Shown piece by piece: positions 1-12,600 of a stretch of DNA of 64,000 nt. The DNA is from Acanthaster planci (lineage: Eukaryota), in the NCBI RefSeq assembly GCF_001949145.1, contig NW_019091355.1, forward strand, positions 2,317,107-2,381,106, written 5' to 3'. A program made the position numbers and the translations under genes. Under the pieces are notes generated by a model that saw only the letters and a program-made list of their open reading frames with translations, was not told the DNA's origin and made no database searches. Position 1 is the first letter of the stretch; each line of letters starts with the position of its first letter.

Positions 1-2331
1 GCGAATCTGACAAGGGTTGCACCCGTTCAGCCTTTGGTTGGCAAACGATTCATCACTCCGCCAGTTATCGACTCCCTGGAATACCAGTGTAATTACTGTT
101 GTAGATTAATTCCACCAAAGGATATTCATAACTGCATATTTATGAACAGTCAGCTCGCAACCCGTACAAGCCCTAATGTGAAGAAGCTAGAATGACATGC
201 AATGACATAACAGATGGCAAAATCTTGCTACAGACGTCGGCAACTGCTCAACAAGAAGTTCCCCACAATTTAATATGCAAAATGATTGCACCAATTGTCA
301 ATGTAACGATATAAACTAAAACTGCTGTCATCGCGTCTCGCAGAAATCTACCATCAAAATGGCTTACATCAGTAAGCAGCTTGGCGATATTCCACGTCCA
401 CACATTCTATAGCTTACGTATGGTATGGGTAGCGTCTTGTTGTATACTTTGATGATGTCGTCAAGTGTTTCCCAGTTGTCAGTTGTTAAGTAAGTGGTTA
501 GAGTATCGATTTCATAGATGGCGGCTTGCCTCGCTAGAACATCAAACTGTGATAAAAGAAAATAGAAACGGCAAAATATGTGAATAAAACACGAGTTATT
601 TTCTGTAACTCTAGACATGGTGACTAAAACCTTTGAAGCACCCCGAGGTTGACACCGAAGTCTTAAAGAAGCTATTTACATGGAGACAAAAGTCACCCCG
701 TTCGAAGACAAGGCAAAGTATTATGAACGAAGGCATTCTTTCGTCAACGTTTACCTTTTGCTCTAAAACTTGAAATTTATCTTTGCCGTGAGTAACTTGG
801 GGACTGACTTCTTTTTGACGAGATTAAAGTCGCACCACGTTACATCTTTCTTTTTATATAACCTGCTGAATTTTGCGTTCGCTTTTTTTTTACAAATGGA
901 AAAAGCTACAGACTCACAAAATATTTGTTCGAAAATTCCTGTTCGTCCGGTAGCTGAACAACCTAAATGTTAAGCAATAGAAAGAAATATAACAGAGTTA
1001 AAACTTTTGAGCAAAATTTTTAAATATATGCCTCGTTTTTGTGTGTGTGTTTGTTTGTTTGTTTTTTGTTGCATACTCCTGTGACAGTTTTGTTTACATG
1101 TATTAACCTAACAAAGGAAATAATCTTTGCCTTCGAACCGCACAGTTTTTTGATATTCAATAGCAGCCATTCATCTTGTGCAGTTTTTTCAGCCTTCGTC
1201 CTGCTTACCTGTGCGATGGCCAGCTCCCCTTTAAACTTCCTCTCCAGCTGATAGATCTGCTTCTTCCGGGCCAATTCGTCCAATCGCTGCTTGCGATTGG
1301 GGTCGTGCTCGGGTAGGAAGGAGTCATTCCTGGCGGCACGGAAAGTCTCTCCCTGCCTAATCCAGCGGTGAAACGGAAAGATGCTACCGCAATACGCCGG
1401 TAGGTCCTCGTGCTTGACTTCGATGGTTTCCACAAACCTTCAGCCACAACGAAAGTAATAATGAGGAAATTTAGGCCCTCAGCTTCAATAAGTGAGAGAA
1501 CCAGCTTCAAATGTCTCCAAGTTTTCTTCAACAATGAAAAGTTTATGAAGGGGACACAAACAGTTCGAGCGGCACTTTGGAATGTAAAATGTTTTCCAAG
1601 TCACTATAAAAAGTTTAACGCCTGTTTGTACCAGTTCTGACACTTTGACCCCTCGGACAGCGTCAGCTCAATTTCTTCCACGGCTGCAGTGATGCCTGTC
1701 TTTTTCAAATAGAATGTATCCAGGCTTCCCCGTTCAAAGTCATTGCTCCAAGTACAGTCAAGCTTAACCGCAGGGGATGATCCAGAGGCGTTATATAATC
1801 TCAAGGTGACATTGGAGTCCGTTCCTGAACCCTGGCAAGAAATTCGAGACAAGAAATGCAATCATCAGAGAGGCACGGATCAGTTTGACTAGCTTGTTGG
1901 TTGCGGAGAAAAAGCCTTATATCAACATTTTCTGACTTGCAACTCGCTTATGAACTCTGACGTCAATGACGTAATTCACTTCAGCTCTCGTTAGCGTACT
2001 CTTTTCGTATGCATTGCTTTTATATCAACGATCTTCTCGCCTGTGGATTAACTTCCGTACTTGTTTACAAAAATTATGTATACAGTGTTTTAAAATTAGA
2101 TTTTGAATGTTGTTGAGCAGTTTTATATGACATTGTAAGACAGTGGCAATGACAGGTATCTAAAGCGCTTTATACACTTTTTGTGAGAAATAAATGGCGA
2201 TTTATGCAAAATTAAAGGCTTCTTAAAAAGGGCCAATGCTGGTAGCAAAGACGTAAGCCTACCTTGTAGTCACCCGTTTTGATGCAAACAGTGTACCAAT
2301 TCGGCCTGACCCGAGTAACACAAATGCCCAT
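1..2331 (-). CDS. Lipoxygenase (PLAT/LH2 domain plus start of catalytic domain); 3' part lies outside the window
   Basis: Exons 2331-2263 (MGICVTRVRPNWYTVCIKTGDYK), 1831-1632 (GSGTDSNVTLRL..NDFERGSLDTF..QNW), 1437-1209 (FVETIEVK..FPFHRWI..RLDELARKKQIYQL..LAIAQ), 962-918 (VVQLPDEQEFSNKYF), 546-418 (FDVLAR..NWETLDDIIKVYNKTLPIPY) and 75-1 (GVDNWRSDESFANQRLNGCNPCQIR). All junctions are GT-AG with consistent phases, 249 codons in total. PLAT motifs (TGD..GTDSNV, DFERG, FP..RW) and the lipoxygenase motif W..D..F..QRL.G.NP are present. Confidence 0.93.
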
Positions 2332-2650
2332 TGTTCTCTGTGATTGTTCCTTCACACTGCAATAATGAGAGGTTTTGAAGATCTATCATTCGACAAATGC
2401 TACCGTTGCTGTATTATTCAACAGCACACGCGTAGTAAAACAATGTGACTGCATTGCAACTCGGCTACATAGGTAAGTGCGCTATCACTTTTTCTTGATT
2501 GCATATGGCGACGAGATCACTATCAAGAAAACCCAAAGAAAGAGAGACCACTTGCCGAAAAGGGCTGTTGGGGGGAGGAGGGTTAGCCTAGTTTCTTTCT
2601 TCATGTGCTTTTACAGACTAGGTGTCCTTATCCTCTTTAATCCAAGCATC

Positions 2651-2820
2651 TACAATCCTGGACAAAATTGTTGGGACACGTGTCATTAGCCATTTGCAGG
2701 TTCCTCACTCCCAGGGTCCATGTTGTCATCTCCATCAGCTGGAGCGGAGATGGCGCACTGAGACCTAGCATTGAGAGGGGGCCGGGGGTCGGGGCCCAAG
2801 GAGTTTTGGCTAGGATTATG
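2651..2820. mobile_element. Possible degenerate MITE
   Basis: Imperfect terminal inverted repeats TACAATCCTGGACAAAA and TTTTGGCTAGGATTATG flank a GC-richer core. Confidence 0.4.
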
Positions 2821-2860
2821 TGAATTGGTATATGGTTGTCTATGGGCATGTACATGTACT

Positions 2861-3693
2861 ATGTGGTTTTGCGTGTGCTAATTTCCGGCGTCGTTCTTGG
2901 AAAACATAAAATGGCAGTCGCCGGTTGAATAGAAGATATATGTTGGACAAATCGTACAAAAAAAGAAAAAGGAACAAACATACCAATGCTTCATTGTATG
3001 TGTACAATCACAATTGCTTTGTAGGAGTTCAATGTATACAATGTAACATGGCATTTTGGCCCATAAAAGTCCAAAATGGATGCGTTTCTGAATTTCATAT
3101 GCAAATTCTGATACAGAAACAACTAAAAATCTTGTGGGTTTTTCTTATTTCGTCATTCCGTAAAATTGGCTCGAAAATGACTCAAATTAATATAACGATG
3201 TGTTGTGGCCCATCGTGTATATCGCACATGCGCGCCGCATTTGTGAGGGCATGCTATGCTCTCTCTTCGGTGAAGGTGAAGATATGCAATCATAACAGTT
3301 TTGTCTTGGCGCAGCATTTCACAAACATTTTATGCACTACTAGCTCAGTGTCCCTTAAAATTCAGGTTGTTGCCACTGTTAGTTAACAGAGTTGCGATCC
3401 GTGGAGTACCTCGCTGGATACACACATGCATATGGAACGTATAAACTCAGTCTGAATCGGTTCATAGTTGTGTATGTGCATACAATTATATAGGCTACAT
3501 GTGGTTTTGCATGTGCTTTCCGGCGTTGTTCTTGGGAAACAGAAAACGGCAGCAGGCTGTTGATTAAAAGTTATATTTTGGACAAATTGTTCATCAAGAA
3601 AAAAAAACATATTGTACAAAATATAAGAAAAAGGAAGAATAATATCAATGTTGTGTTGTTTGTGTACAATCACAACCGTTTTGGGGGAGTTCA
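2861..3693. repeat. Diverged direct duplication (2861-3031 and 3499-3693)
   Basis: Both copies read ATGTGGTTTTGC..TTTCCGGCGT.GTTCTTGG.AAACA..TTGGACAAAT..TGTGTACAATCACAA..GGAGTTCA. Confidence 0.85.
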
Positions 3694-5350
3694 TTCCTCC
3701 TTACTGTTCGCTCACACAGAGACAAAAATGGTCTCAGCACAGGTAAAAAGGGATAGTCAGTGATAGTTTGTGTCCTGTCTTTTCAATTCCACTTTGAAAT
3801 TCAAGCATTAGATCAATGTCCTACCAGAAAGCTTTTAATTTCTCTTAAAATAACGCTTAGAGTTTGAACACATTTTTAGACACATGTTTGTACCCTCTTT
3901 TATACGTTTAACCGCGACATGTTTGGGTTTAGGAATGTGTTGAAATGGTAAACAGATTTCAAAAAGCTATGCACTTTTTAATAAACACGTCATGGGATTG
4001 AACGTGTGAAAAAGTAGGCATAAAATAGTGTTTAATCTCTAAACGTTGTTTATACAGTAAACAATACTTCGATCACAATTTTCATGTAAACCGGCATGCT
4101 TTCTGTGTTACAACCCAACAATTCACGCACTCCCTAAAGAAGTAAATAGATTTAAGAGAAAGCAGGTGGAATAGGCAAAGTTCTTTTTTTTCTTGAACTG
4201 TATTTTGTATTTTGTATAGGCCTACATATTAATGATACAAAGCCACCCAGGTACAAGTGTGATTGCATTGAAGTAGCCAAACAAAGTCAAGGCAAAACTA
4301 TTCATCTCTTTATTTGAAAGGGAACGTGAAGTGTACAACGTACACTGCGCGCTCTCACAAGAATGGCTGTTGAGACGATAAACAGGGAATAACCGTGCCT
4401 AAAAATAGGGGACACTGTCATGGTAACGGTAAACAACGAGCGTGGTGGTCTCTAAATCGTGCACAGCGTTTTTAAAAAGCTGGTGTGTTGTTTAAATGGA
4501 GGAATTAGGGTAACACCAAATGACAATGCATATAGTAGATAGGAATTATTCTGTAATTATCAAGCCAGAAACGAATCAGATCTCTCCTGAATTGTATGAC
4601 AGATCGATTGCAAGACTTAATAATTGATAAATTTGGGTTACAGTGTACATAAATTAGATGCATTTTTCGTACGTTATTCATTATGTGCATTTGTGGAATA
4701 TATTTGAAGCATTTAGTCTTTGAAAATGCACGAATAGAGCGGTGCACTGGTATTTACAATATGATTTTAATTAGGAGACAAACCTCATTGATTTCCAGGT
4801 TTATGAAAAAGAACCAACCCTTCAGCCAATGTCAGTTTCATATAACTTGGGTCACATAACATGGAATAAATACGGGTGCACTGGACTTGGAACGCAGTAA
4901 CAAACTTGTATATTTCTAGAGATCTTTGTCCGAAAATCTAATTGCGAGTGTCCTTCTCGCGTTTGTCTGTTCTCCAGACGCAAAAGTCTCGTGATTGATA
5001 TAGTTTGTTAGTTTGCAAAAGTGCAACCATTGACAAAATGACACTTACCGCTGGCTCGGAGACTATCTAGTAAAACCTATCAGATGTTTGGACACTGACA
5101 CGTTAGTTCTATCAATTCCCCACACTTCTGGTGTCACGCTGGTAACTCCACCAGCCTGATGTGTCCAAAACTAGTGGCAGACGACACACACTTCCCCTTA
5201 ACACCAGTGTTAATTAAATGTTTAGCACCTCTGCAGTTGATCTGGATTTATTGCACTTGTCTGTAACTATTTTCCCCCACGTTAGCAACATACGCATGCG
5301 TGTGCGCCAAAGCTAATATAATAGCTAGTGATGTTGCCAAGGCCAAAGTT

Positions 5351-5720
5351 TAAAGGTGCAGTCACGATGAAGGCCGTATGGAGATCTTTTGAAAAGGACC
5401 CGAAGGCCGTATCCTGTTGCAAGCTAATCAATACACAACCGAGCATGCAAGGCCACCCTGAATGTTTTTGAGTTGCCGCTCATGAGTGTGGATCCTAGGG
5501 ATTCTGCCATGCATTTTGCATCGAGAAAAAAAGGCTTTATTGGTGCATAGGCATCATTCTGTTTCAAAGTGTCCATAGGTGTAGACTAAGCTATCGAATT
5601 CCGAAATATGACCGAATTCTCAAATATAGTCAAAATGAGGATAAGTTGTCGCTATGTGAAATGCACAACAGGAGGTTTTTAAAAATGAAAAAAAAAATCA
5701 CCACCAAATTGCACTTTTAA
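5351..5720. mobile_element. Possible TTAA-flanked non-autonomous DNA transposon
   Basis: The ends TTAAAGGTGCA and TGCACTTTTAA form a short imperfect inverted repeat with TTAA at both termini. There is no other support. Confidence 0.3.
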
Positions 5721-5897
5721 GCTGACCTGTAGTTTCTTCCCCCCCCCCAAAAAAAGGTTTACACTCACGGAAATCAGGATGTTATACACCATACACCGAT
5801 CATCGCTACACCGGCCAAAGAGACGGGCTTATATGGAACTCCGCACTCTGGCTTGAAAAAAAGTGCAGGTGCTCTGAGTGACTGAATACAAGCCTGA

Positions 5898-6013
5898 GTA
5901 CTGATGACGTCACACTTTGTTTACATGTGTGCTTTCTATGGTCCTCAGACCGAGTACCCCCACTGGCCCCATAGGAAAGTGCACACGTAAACAAAGTGTG
6001 ACGTCATCAGTAC
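5898..6013. repeat. Inverted repeat/hairpin (MITE-like) with two TGACGTCA sites
   Basis: Left arm GTACTGATGACGTCACACTTTGTTTACATGTGTGCTTTCTATGG pairs with right arm CCATAGGAAAGTGCACACGTAAACAAAGTGTGACGTCATCAGTAC. The outer 27 bp are perfect and the loop is about 27 nt. Confidence 0.9.
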
Positions 6014-9000
6014 ATAGGCCTATTACGGTTTCAACCCTCGTTGTCTGCACGACAGCTTTAATAGAGAATCTGCTTCCTTTCTAAACGTTACTCTACAGAG
6101 GGCGCTAGATACATGCAGCGACTGGTAAACCCGTGATTAGAATAATCTGAATCCGAAACTTACCCGGAAAAAAAGTTGGACACAACATAAAACTTGGGGA
6201 TGCTGTTCCAGATCTTGGGTTAATGCAGGGTGGATACCAGATTTTTGGCTGGGGGGGCGGGGAATATTTCTTCACATTTGTCATTTTTGCCGTTGGGGAA
6301 GTTATCCGTGTACACAAACTTAGACCCCTACATGCTTACCTAGGGGTCTTCTAGCCTTTAGACGATCCCCATCCTCCCCGCAAGAAGGCGCAGGGATGTG
6401 ACCTCTGCAACGCTTTCTTCTGGATCTGTGCCTGATTAAAGATTTATTGAAATTCAAATTTTTAGCACTTATGCTTTCCTTTTTAAAAGTATTATTAAGA
6501 AAAAATTCGGCAGCTGGAACACTCAAAAATAACCCTGAAAATCCGAATACACGTACGTCATACGCAAAGTATTCCAAGCTTGACACGCTCAGATGTAAAC
6601 CTTGTACAATATCACGTGCATACCCGTCAAGCGAACCGAAAAACGTAAAGGTAATTCATGGCCGCAAATGATTTGCATATCAATTCCTCTGCCAAATGAC
6701 CTGTTACGCTTTTATGGAACCAATCGTACTCATACTCACAGCTTGTATTTGCCAAAGAATCACTCAACCGTGGAGGCAGGGATCGGAGTGGATTTTTTGG
6801 AGCGTTATATAACTCAATGGTATAGTCCCATCATTGAAGTCCTTTTGACTGTGGCTGCGCTCCTACGCACTATTTGGGTGTGAGTGCGTGTTTAGATGTG
6901 TTTCCTGGTTTGGCAAGGGAGGGAAAGTATTCTACCAGCAATAAAGTTTTGTGGAGACTATTCAGGTAGTTTTTAGATAAATCAAAGTTCTTGTGTTCAA
7001 GTTGTCTGAGAGCGTTGTTGTAAGCGTGGTAAGTGAGTCTTCCTGATGGCGCCCTACGTTGGGAAGCTTAGCTAGTTCACTTATAACATTAGCTGAAACG
7101 AAATAAAAGAAAGAATGCATATGCATGCAGTGCTGTCGAATGCATAGCAAAGTGCTTTCCAATTCGGTGTAAGGAATGTATAGCCTTTTGTTACGTTTAG
7201 CATAATCCCTGGATCACAAGCTCCAGTTGTGGGATAAAATCTTCTGCAATTTGATTTATTGTGAAATGAGAAAGCTACAGTTTTGTGATGGCTATGTGAG
7301 AATGCGGACTTGCCTTCAAAATAAAGACCATTCGGTTTTGCAGTCTCCCTTCCGCCAGACTGAAACACCGACTGCAGAAAAACAAACAACCTCAGTCGCT
7401 CTTTAGCCGACAAAATCCTCCAATATTTTCAAGAGGCAAATTCTTCATTCTTACCTGCCTATAGTGCCTCAGTTAAATGTTAATAGTCCCTACTTTTCAA
7501 CAACTTGTAACTGAGAGTGAAGCCAAGTGGTTTCATCTTGATTTTGAAGTCAAAGAGACTAGACAGGTACTTGTAACACATCAGTGTTCCCATAGTAGGT
7601 TAATCAGTTGTTCCTGAAGAAGAAAATTTGAAGGAAAATGAAAGGTTAACCAGACTTTTAAAAGACGGTTAACTAATCAAGTAATAAAGAAGTGCTATGA
7701 ATTCGGTGAAAATATAAGATTAAATCAGTGCTCTGGAAGTATATGATTGCCGAGCTTTCGGTAACTGAGTACCTTTCTTTAGGGCAAGCAGATTCAGTTC
7801 CACGCGTGCGTGCTCGGCAATCATATATTTCAGAGCACTGATTTAATCTTATATTCTTGTCGATATTCTGATCACGGTGCTACGCAGCCCTTCCATATTT
7901 CTATAAATTCGGTGTGTTTTCTTTTGTGTTTTTATTCACGGTATTTACAGTATTCAGAGTCCCGAATTGTCACACCAGACATCTGCCGCGCGAATTCTGT
8001 TGAAGAGTATGATACCTGAGACTAGAATGACAACATGATTGCAATCATGGAAACCAGTTAAGCCGCCTTCATGTTGTTTTGCACCTGGCAAACTAAACGC
8101 TCTGTCTTCCTCGTACGATTAACACAAGTTTTGTGCTGAAAATTGCACAGTACATTGCAAGTAGGGTTGCCTGCCACAGAATCGTGAATGGGTGTGCGTG
8201 CGGCTGCGGTTGGTCCCTCTCTGCGTGAAATTGAAGCTAGTTTACTTAGTGTACTTGTGGTATCCAGGGTTTTTTAACAAAGAAAAGGCAAACGTTTGCA
8301 ATTTTGGATAAATTGGGTAAAAATCACCCCAAGGTCGTTTTTAGGCAAACTGCAAAAACAATGATCACCTACGATCTACCTTCGCTTTTTATCAGCATTT
8401 TGAAATGTTGACACATTTCCACATTTTGTTACACGTTTAACATTTAATAACAGTTTAAGTTAGTATAGACTGACAAAATGTTATGAATCCATCGATTCTT
8501 GAGACTTGACAGAAATACCAAGCTTTATAATCATCGCAAGTATTACTCTTAGCTGTTTCCAAACATCCACTTTGGTATATATTGGGAAAACTGTCCTTTC
8601 CGGTAAAACAGTTATCGATCTTATCTGCTGTTTAAGCGTGCATTACCCACTGCTTTGTATTTAATTATGAAGAGTTTCAGATCTGTGACAAATTAAAGAC
8701 GTCTTCACTCGGTCTATTCATGTACGTACATGAAACTTGTGCAAGACTTGAATCTGAAAACCAAGGCCAATAATTATCGATCAGGAATGAGTCACTGCGT
8801 TAGCTGGAATGATCAGTAGGCCCACTTTGTGCCGCACGATGGCATGGAACTAGCTCCAGTCCATAGGCTAGATCATAGGTGAACGCAGTCGTTGTTTGGC
8901 CTGTTGAAGTTATTAGCTGCCTAAGCATGGGCGTATCTGTTGCGTAACGTCTCTCTATACATGAGTCCAGGGAATCAATAAGGATTCATAGGAAGTTGGA

Positions 9001-9619
9001 CAAGCAGTCAACTGAGCCAAGGCGTACCCCTCCCAAACACTTTTGTGAACCTTTTTGACGAGATAATGCAATTTGCATAACCATGGTATAGTGTCAATAG
9101 GTTTGGTAGCGTAGGTGTGTGCCGTAGGCCTACGTGTAGTTTACTGCACAGTTTGGCATCAGCGAGCTGCGTGTAGTTATTCCATTCAGTTACAGCAAAT
9201 CGGTGGCCCTGACCCAACTAATTTCAATAATAGCATTTATGGGGAATCACAACCAAAACAACGTAAGTATAGCTTGTAGAAAACAGAAAAATAAGATAAA
9301 CTTATGTACAAAAGTTACTGATTTTAATCATAACCAAGAATGCGTCTATTTATTACAGTTGTAATCACAGTGTTTTGCTTTCTCTATAGTGTATTTTTCT
9401 ATTCATAAATCCCTTTTTGGAAAAGAAAGCTAAACGTGCCTTGTAATTACCACTGTTCGCAACTCTCACATAATACCAATAATAGGATAACCCAACGTTG
9501 TAAGGAAATCCCGTATTTATCCATACATTTTCTCTAATTAAACTTCTAACAATTTATATTTTCATGGATTGCGTCTCAGTGTTGCATGCAGCGTCAAGTA
9601 TAAAAAGCAGTGTTGAATC

Positions 9620-12600
9620 ATGACAAGCAGCGGAGTTCTGGAACAGCACCGAAAACTGGGACTGCGGAAAAATGTTGACTTTCAATGTCAATCCGTCGAG
9701 CTAGAGGTGAGTGTGGCAAGTACCCGTGTACTGTACGTCTTCCATTGCACAGCTGAGGACAAGACAAAGGGGACCGAAGGCCATGTGTCACTGTCCTCGT
9801 TGGTCAGTCTATTGTCCTCGGTGGCGAGTGAATGTGATCAGTCCACAGCAGGATGGAATTATATTCTAACGATCGTTGCGCAAGATTCACTGAGCAAACA
9901 GTAATCTTGTACATTATAAAAGTTGTTTAGGAATTAATTATTAGGATACATAAAATCATTTGACGACAGCCCTTGAAGATGCACCTTTGTGTTTCAAATA
10001 ATCTTATTTTCAATTTGTGTTTTTGTGCCTTTTTTTCAAATGTGAGTGATTATACCCAAGAGCAAAACCGTGATGTCATTCCTGACACTAAACCTCGATG
10101 TGGTATTGATTTGTACTCCAAAACTGCTGGAATATCTTTACATTTTGGTTGTGGTAAATTTGCCTTTCTTTTCTCATGGGACCGTGCAAGTTTGAGTTAA
10201 AAATTTATTAAATATAAAACGTGAGCTGAAGATAATTCGTTGCATCACAGCATTAGCGCCTCCACGAGTCAAGAACAACTTGGACAATTTGAATGTGATG
10301 TTTTAGATACGGAGAGTATAAAGATACACAGAAACTGTGTGTAAGAAATGTTCACAGCAGGGAACTTTTAAAGATTCAAAACAATCTTTGTTAAGGTGTC
10401 TCAAAGCTCAACATATCGCTCCATTTCCCAATTGCTCAAAACTATCCATCTATATTGCGTGCACAGCATATAAATATGTATAGGAGTTTGATGGCAAAAT
10501 AAGTGCGGTGCTTAGTTTCTGAAGATTCTGAAGTTTCCTGCAGTCCACTGAGGCAGATCTATAGTGTTTATGACAGCGTACTCTACCAGTACTTAAAAGA
10601 TCTACCAACGTTTAAAATTGTCAAATTAAGAAGTTTAAATCCCACATTAACAACCTTCTGTATGCTCACTTAAGTTGGTTTCTTGTCTGTTTCGGTGAAT
10701 AGGGTACATCTGAACACGTAAGGGTCTCCACGCTGCTGCCAGATGGGAAGCCTATCTCGCGGTTTTTTGAAGGGGTCGAGTCACTCCACGACTGTTTCAT
10801 GCGTGGTTTAAAACTCTCTGGTGAGTGATTTCCTTTTCTCAAAACGATTGGTAAGGTTACCATCAGGATAAAGTGTGGTCTCTTGATATGGTATAGCGTA
10901 CAGGGAGGGACGGTTTCAGTTCTAAAGCGCATTATAATACTTTAGACCTCTATCATGAGGCAGCCATCTTGCTTTGAAATTCCTAACTGATGCTGGAAGG
11001 AAAAATACATTTAGTTTGTTCCCTTATTCAGGATGTAAACTTGTATTAAGATTGCCAATGTATCTAGAGGGACCCAGACGAACACTTTTTGCTGACTGTA
11101 GAAGGTGATTGATACTAGTGGGACATGACAGTTTGCCCACCGTGTATATTCCGGGAAGGATCAGAGTAGTCACCCCCCCCGGGCACAGTGGTGCATATTG
11201 AAGTATTCGAACAGTTTATTTGGCTGAAAAGGGGCCCAAATTAAACCCATGAAGGAAACATCCTCACACGTTCAGTACCAGAGGACCATGTTGGACTAGG
11301 TGTTGGGGAGCAGAAAACATGTCCGTCCCTAAGACGAACGGTGGTATGTTAGTCACAGTACATTTCCCTAACAGTATTTTTTAATCTCTTACTCATAGCT
11401 AAGAATCCTTGTTTAGGATGGAGGCCCAAACCTGATGCTCCCTATAGCTGGACTACATACGAAGAGGTAAGCAATTGTGGAGTCTTAGACATAAGTACAT
11501 ATAAATGTAATGATGCTTCTAACAAGTTACCGTAATAAACGCAAACACTTCCATTCTTTTCTCCAATTCACAAAAAGCCTGATTAATTTGAGGAAGCGAG
11601 ATTAAGTGTTGCTTTCCACTGCGAACTTGTCAAAGACTTTAGAAACTTCCGGTGTTTACAAAATCTCGCATTGACCAGGAAAGTCATTTTTTGCAAAATT
11701 ACATAACGGCATCAAGTCTTACAAGTCATGCAAGAAAGACCCACACAAAAGCAAAACAAACTCAGCATTTGGCTTTATTCTTTACGTGGGAGTTTGTCCC
11801 CAGTATGACCAGAAATCACGTGATGCGTTCGTTCTACCAAATTTTAAAATTGTTTGCACTTTTTATACATGAAGGTTTACCTGCAAGCCAGAAATTTTGG
11901 CTCTGGCCTAATCAAGAGCGGCACGCCGGCAGGGAATTCTACTTTCATCGGCATCTACTCCCAGAATAGGGTGGAGGTGAGTCAGCCAGAACATTAACAA
12001 TTAAATATTGGAAATCATTTATCTTAAAATAATAAGTGATTAATATTACATGCAAACATTGTGTTCGGTAGAAAGAGTATCACTTGGAGATGTTTGAAAT
12101 TCCTCTTAGAGACCAACCCGTCGTTCAAAATGACAAATATTGTACATTTATGAATGCATAAACAAGAATAGTATTTGAATGTGAAAGTTTTAACCAGTGT
12201 GTTAGAATATTCAAAAAGTATAAGCTACCTGCACAAAAGTGTGCTCAGATTTATTTTCTAAAAGTGCACAAGTCCAGGTGGTTTATTAAAATAACTTTTT
12301 TGAACGGGGGGGGGGCCTTTAGTGAATATTAAAGCTGGAAGTAACGGGTGAAACAAATTTCATTTTAGACTTAAAATATATCGCATTGCTCTTTCTGTAC
12401 TTTTGCAGGAAAGCTTATAATGTGTAAAAGCATGACGCCGTAGTCATATGGTCCATTTGAGACGTAGGCCTACATGTATTTAATTTGAATTACACTGAAA
12501 ATGCTGCAGCCTGATTTGTTCACAACCTCCAGAAACAATCATCTGCTCTTGTTATTCCAGTGGGTGGTGACCGAGCAGGCTTGTAACATGTATTCCATGG

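Noticed and set aside
2332..9500. Catalase-like allene oxide synthase domain upstream of LOX (coral-type AOS-LOX fusion)
   Set aside because: No catalase-like exons were recognised on the minus strand. The nearest strong upstream donor (5048) brings an in-frame stop.
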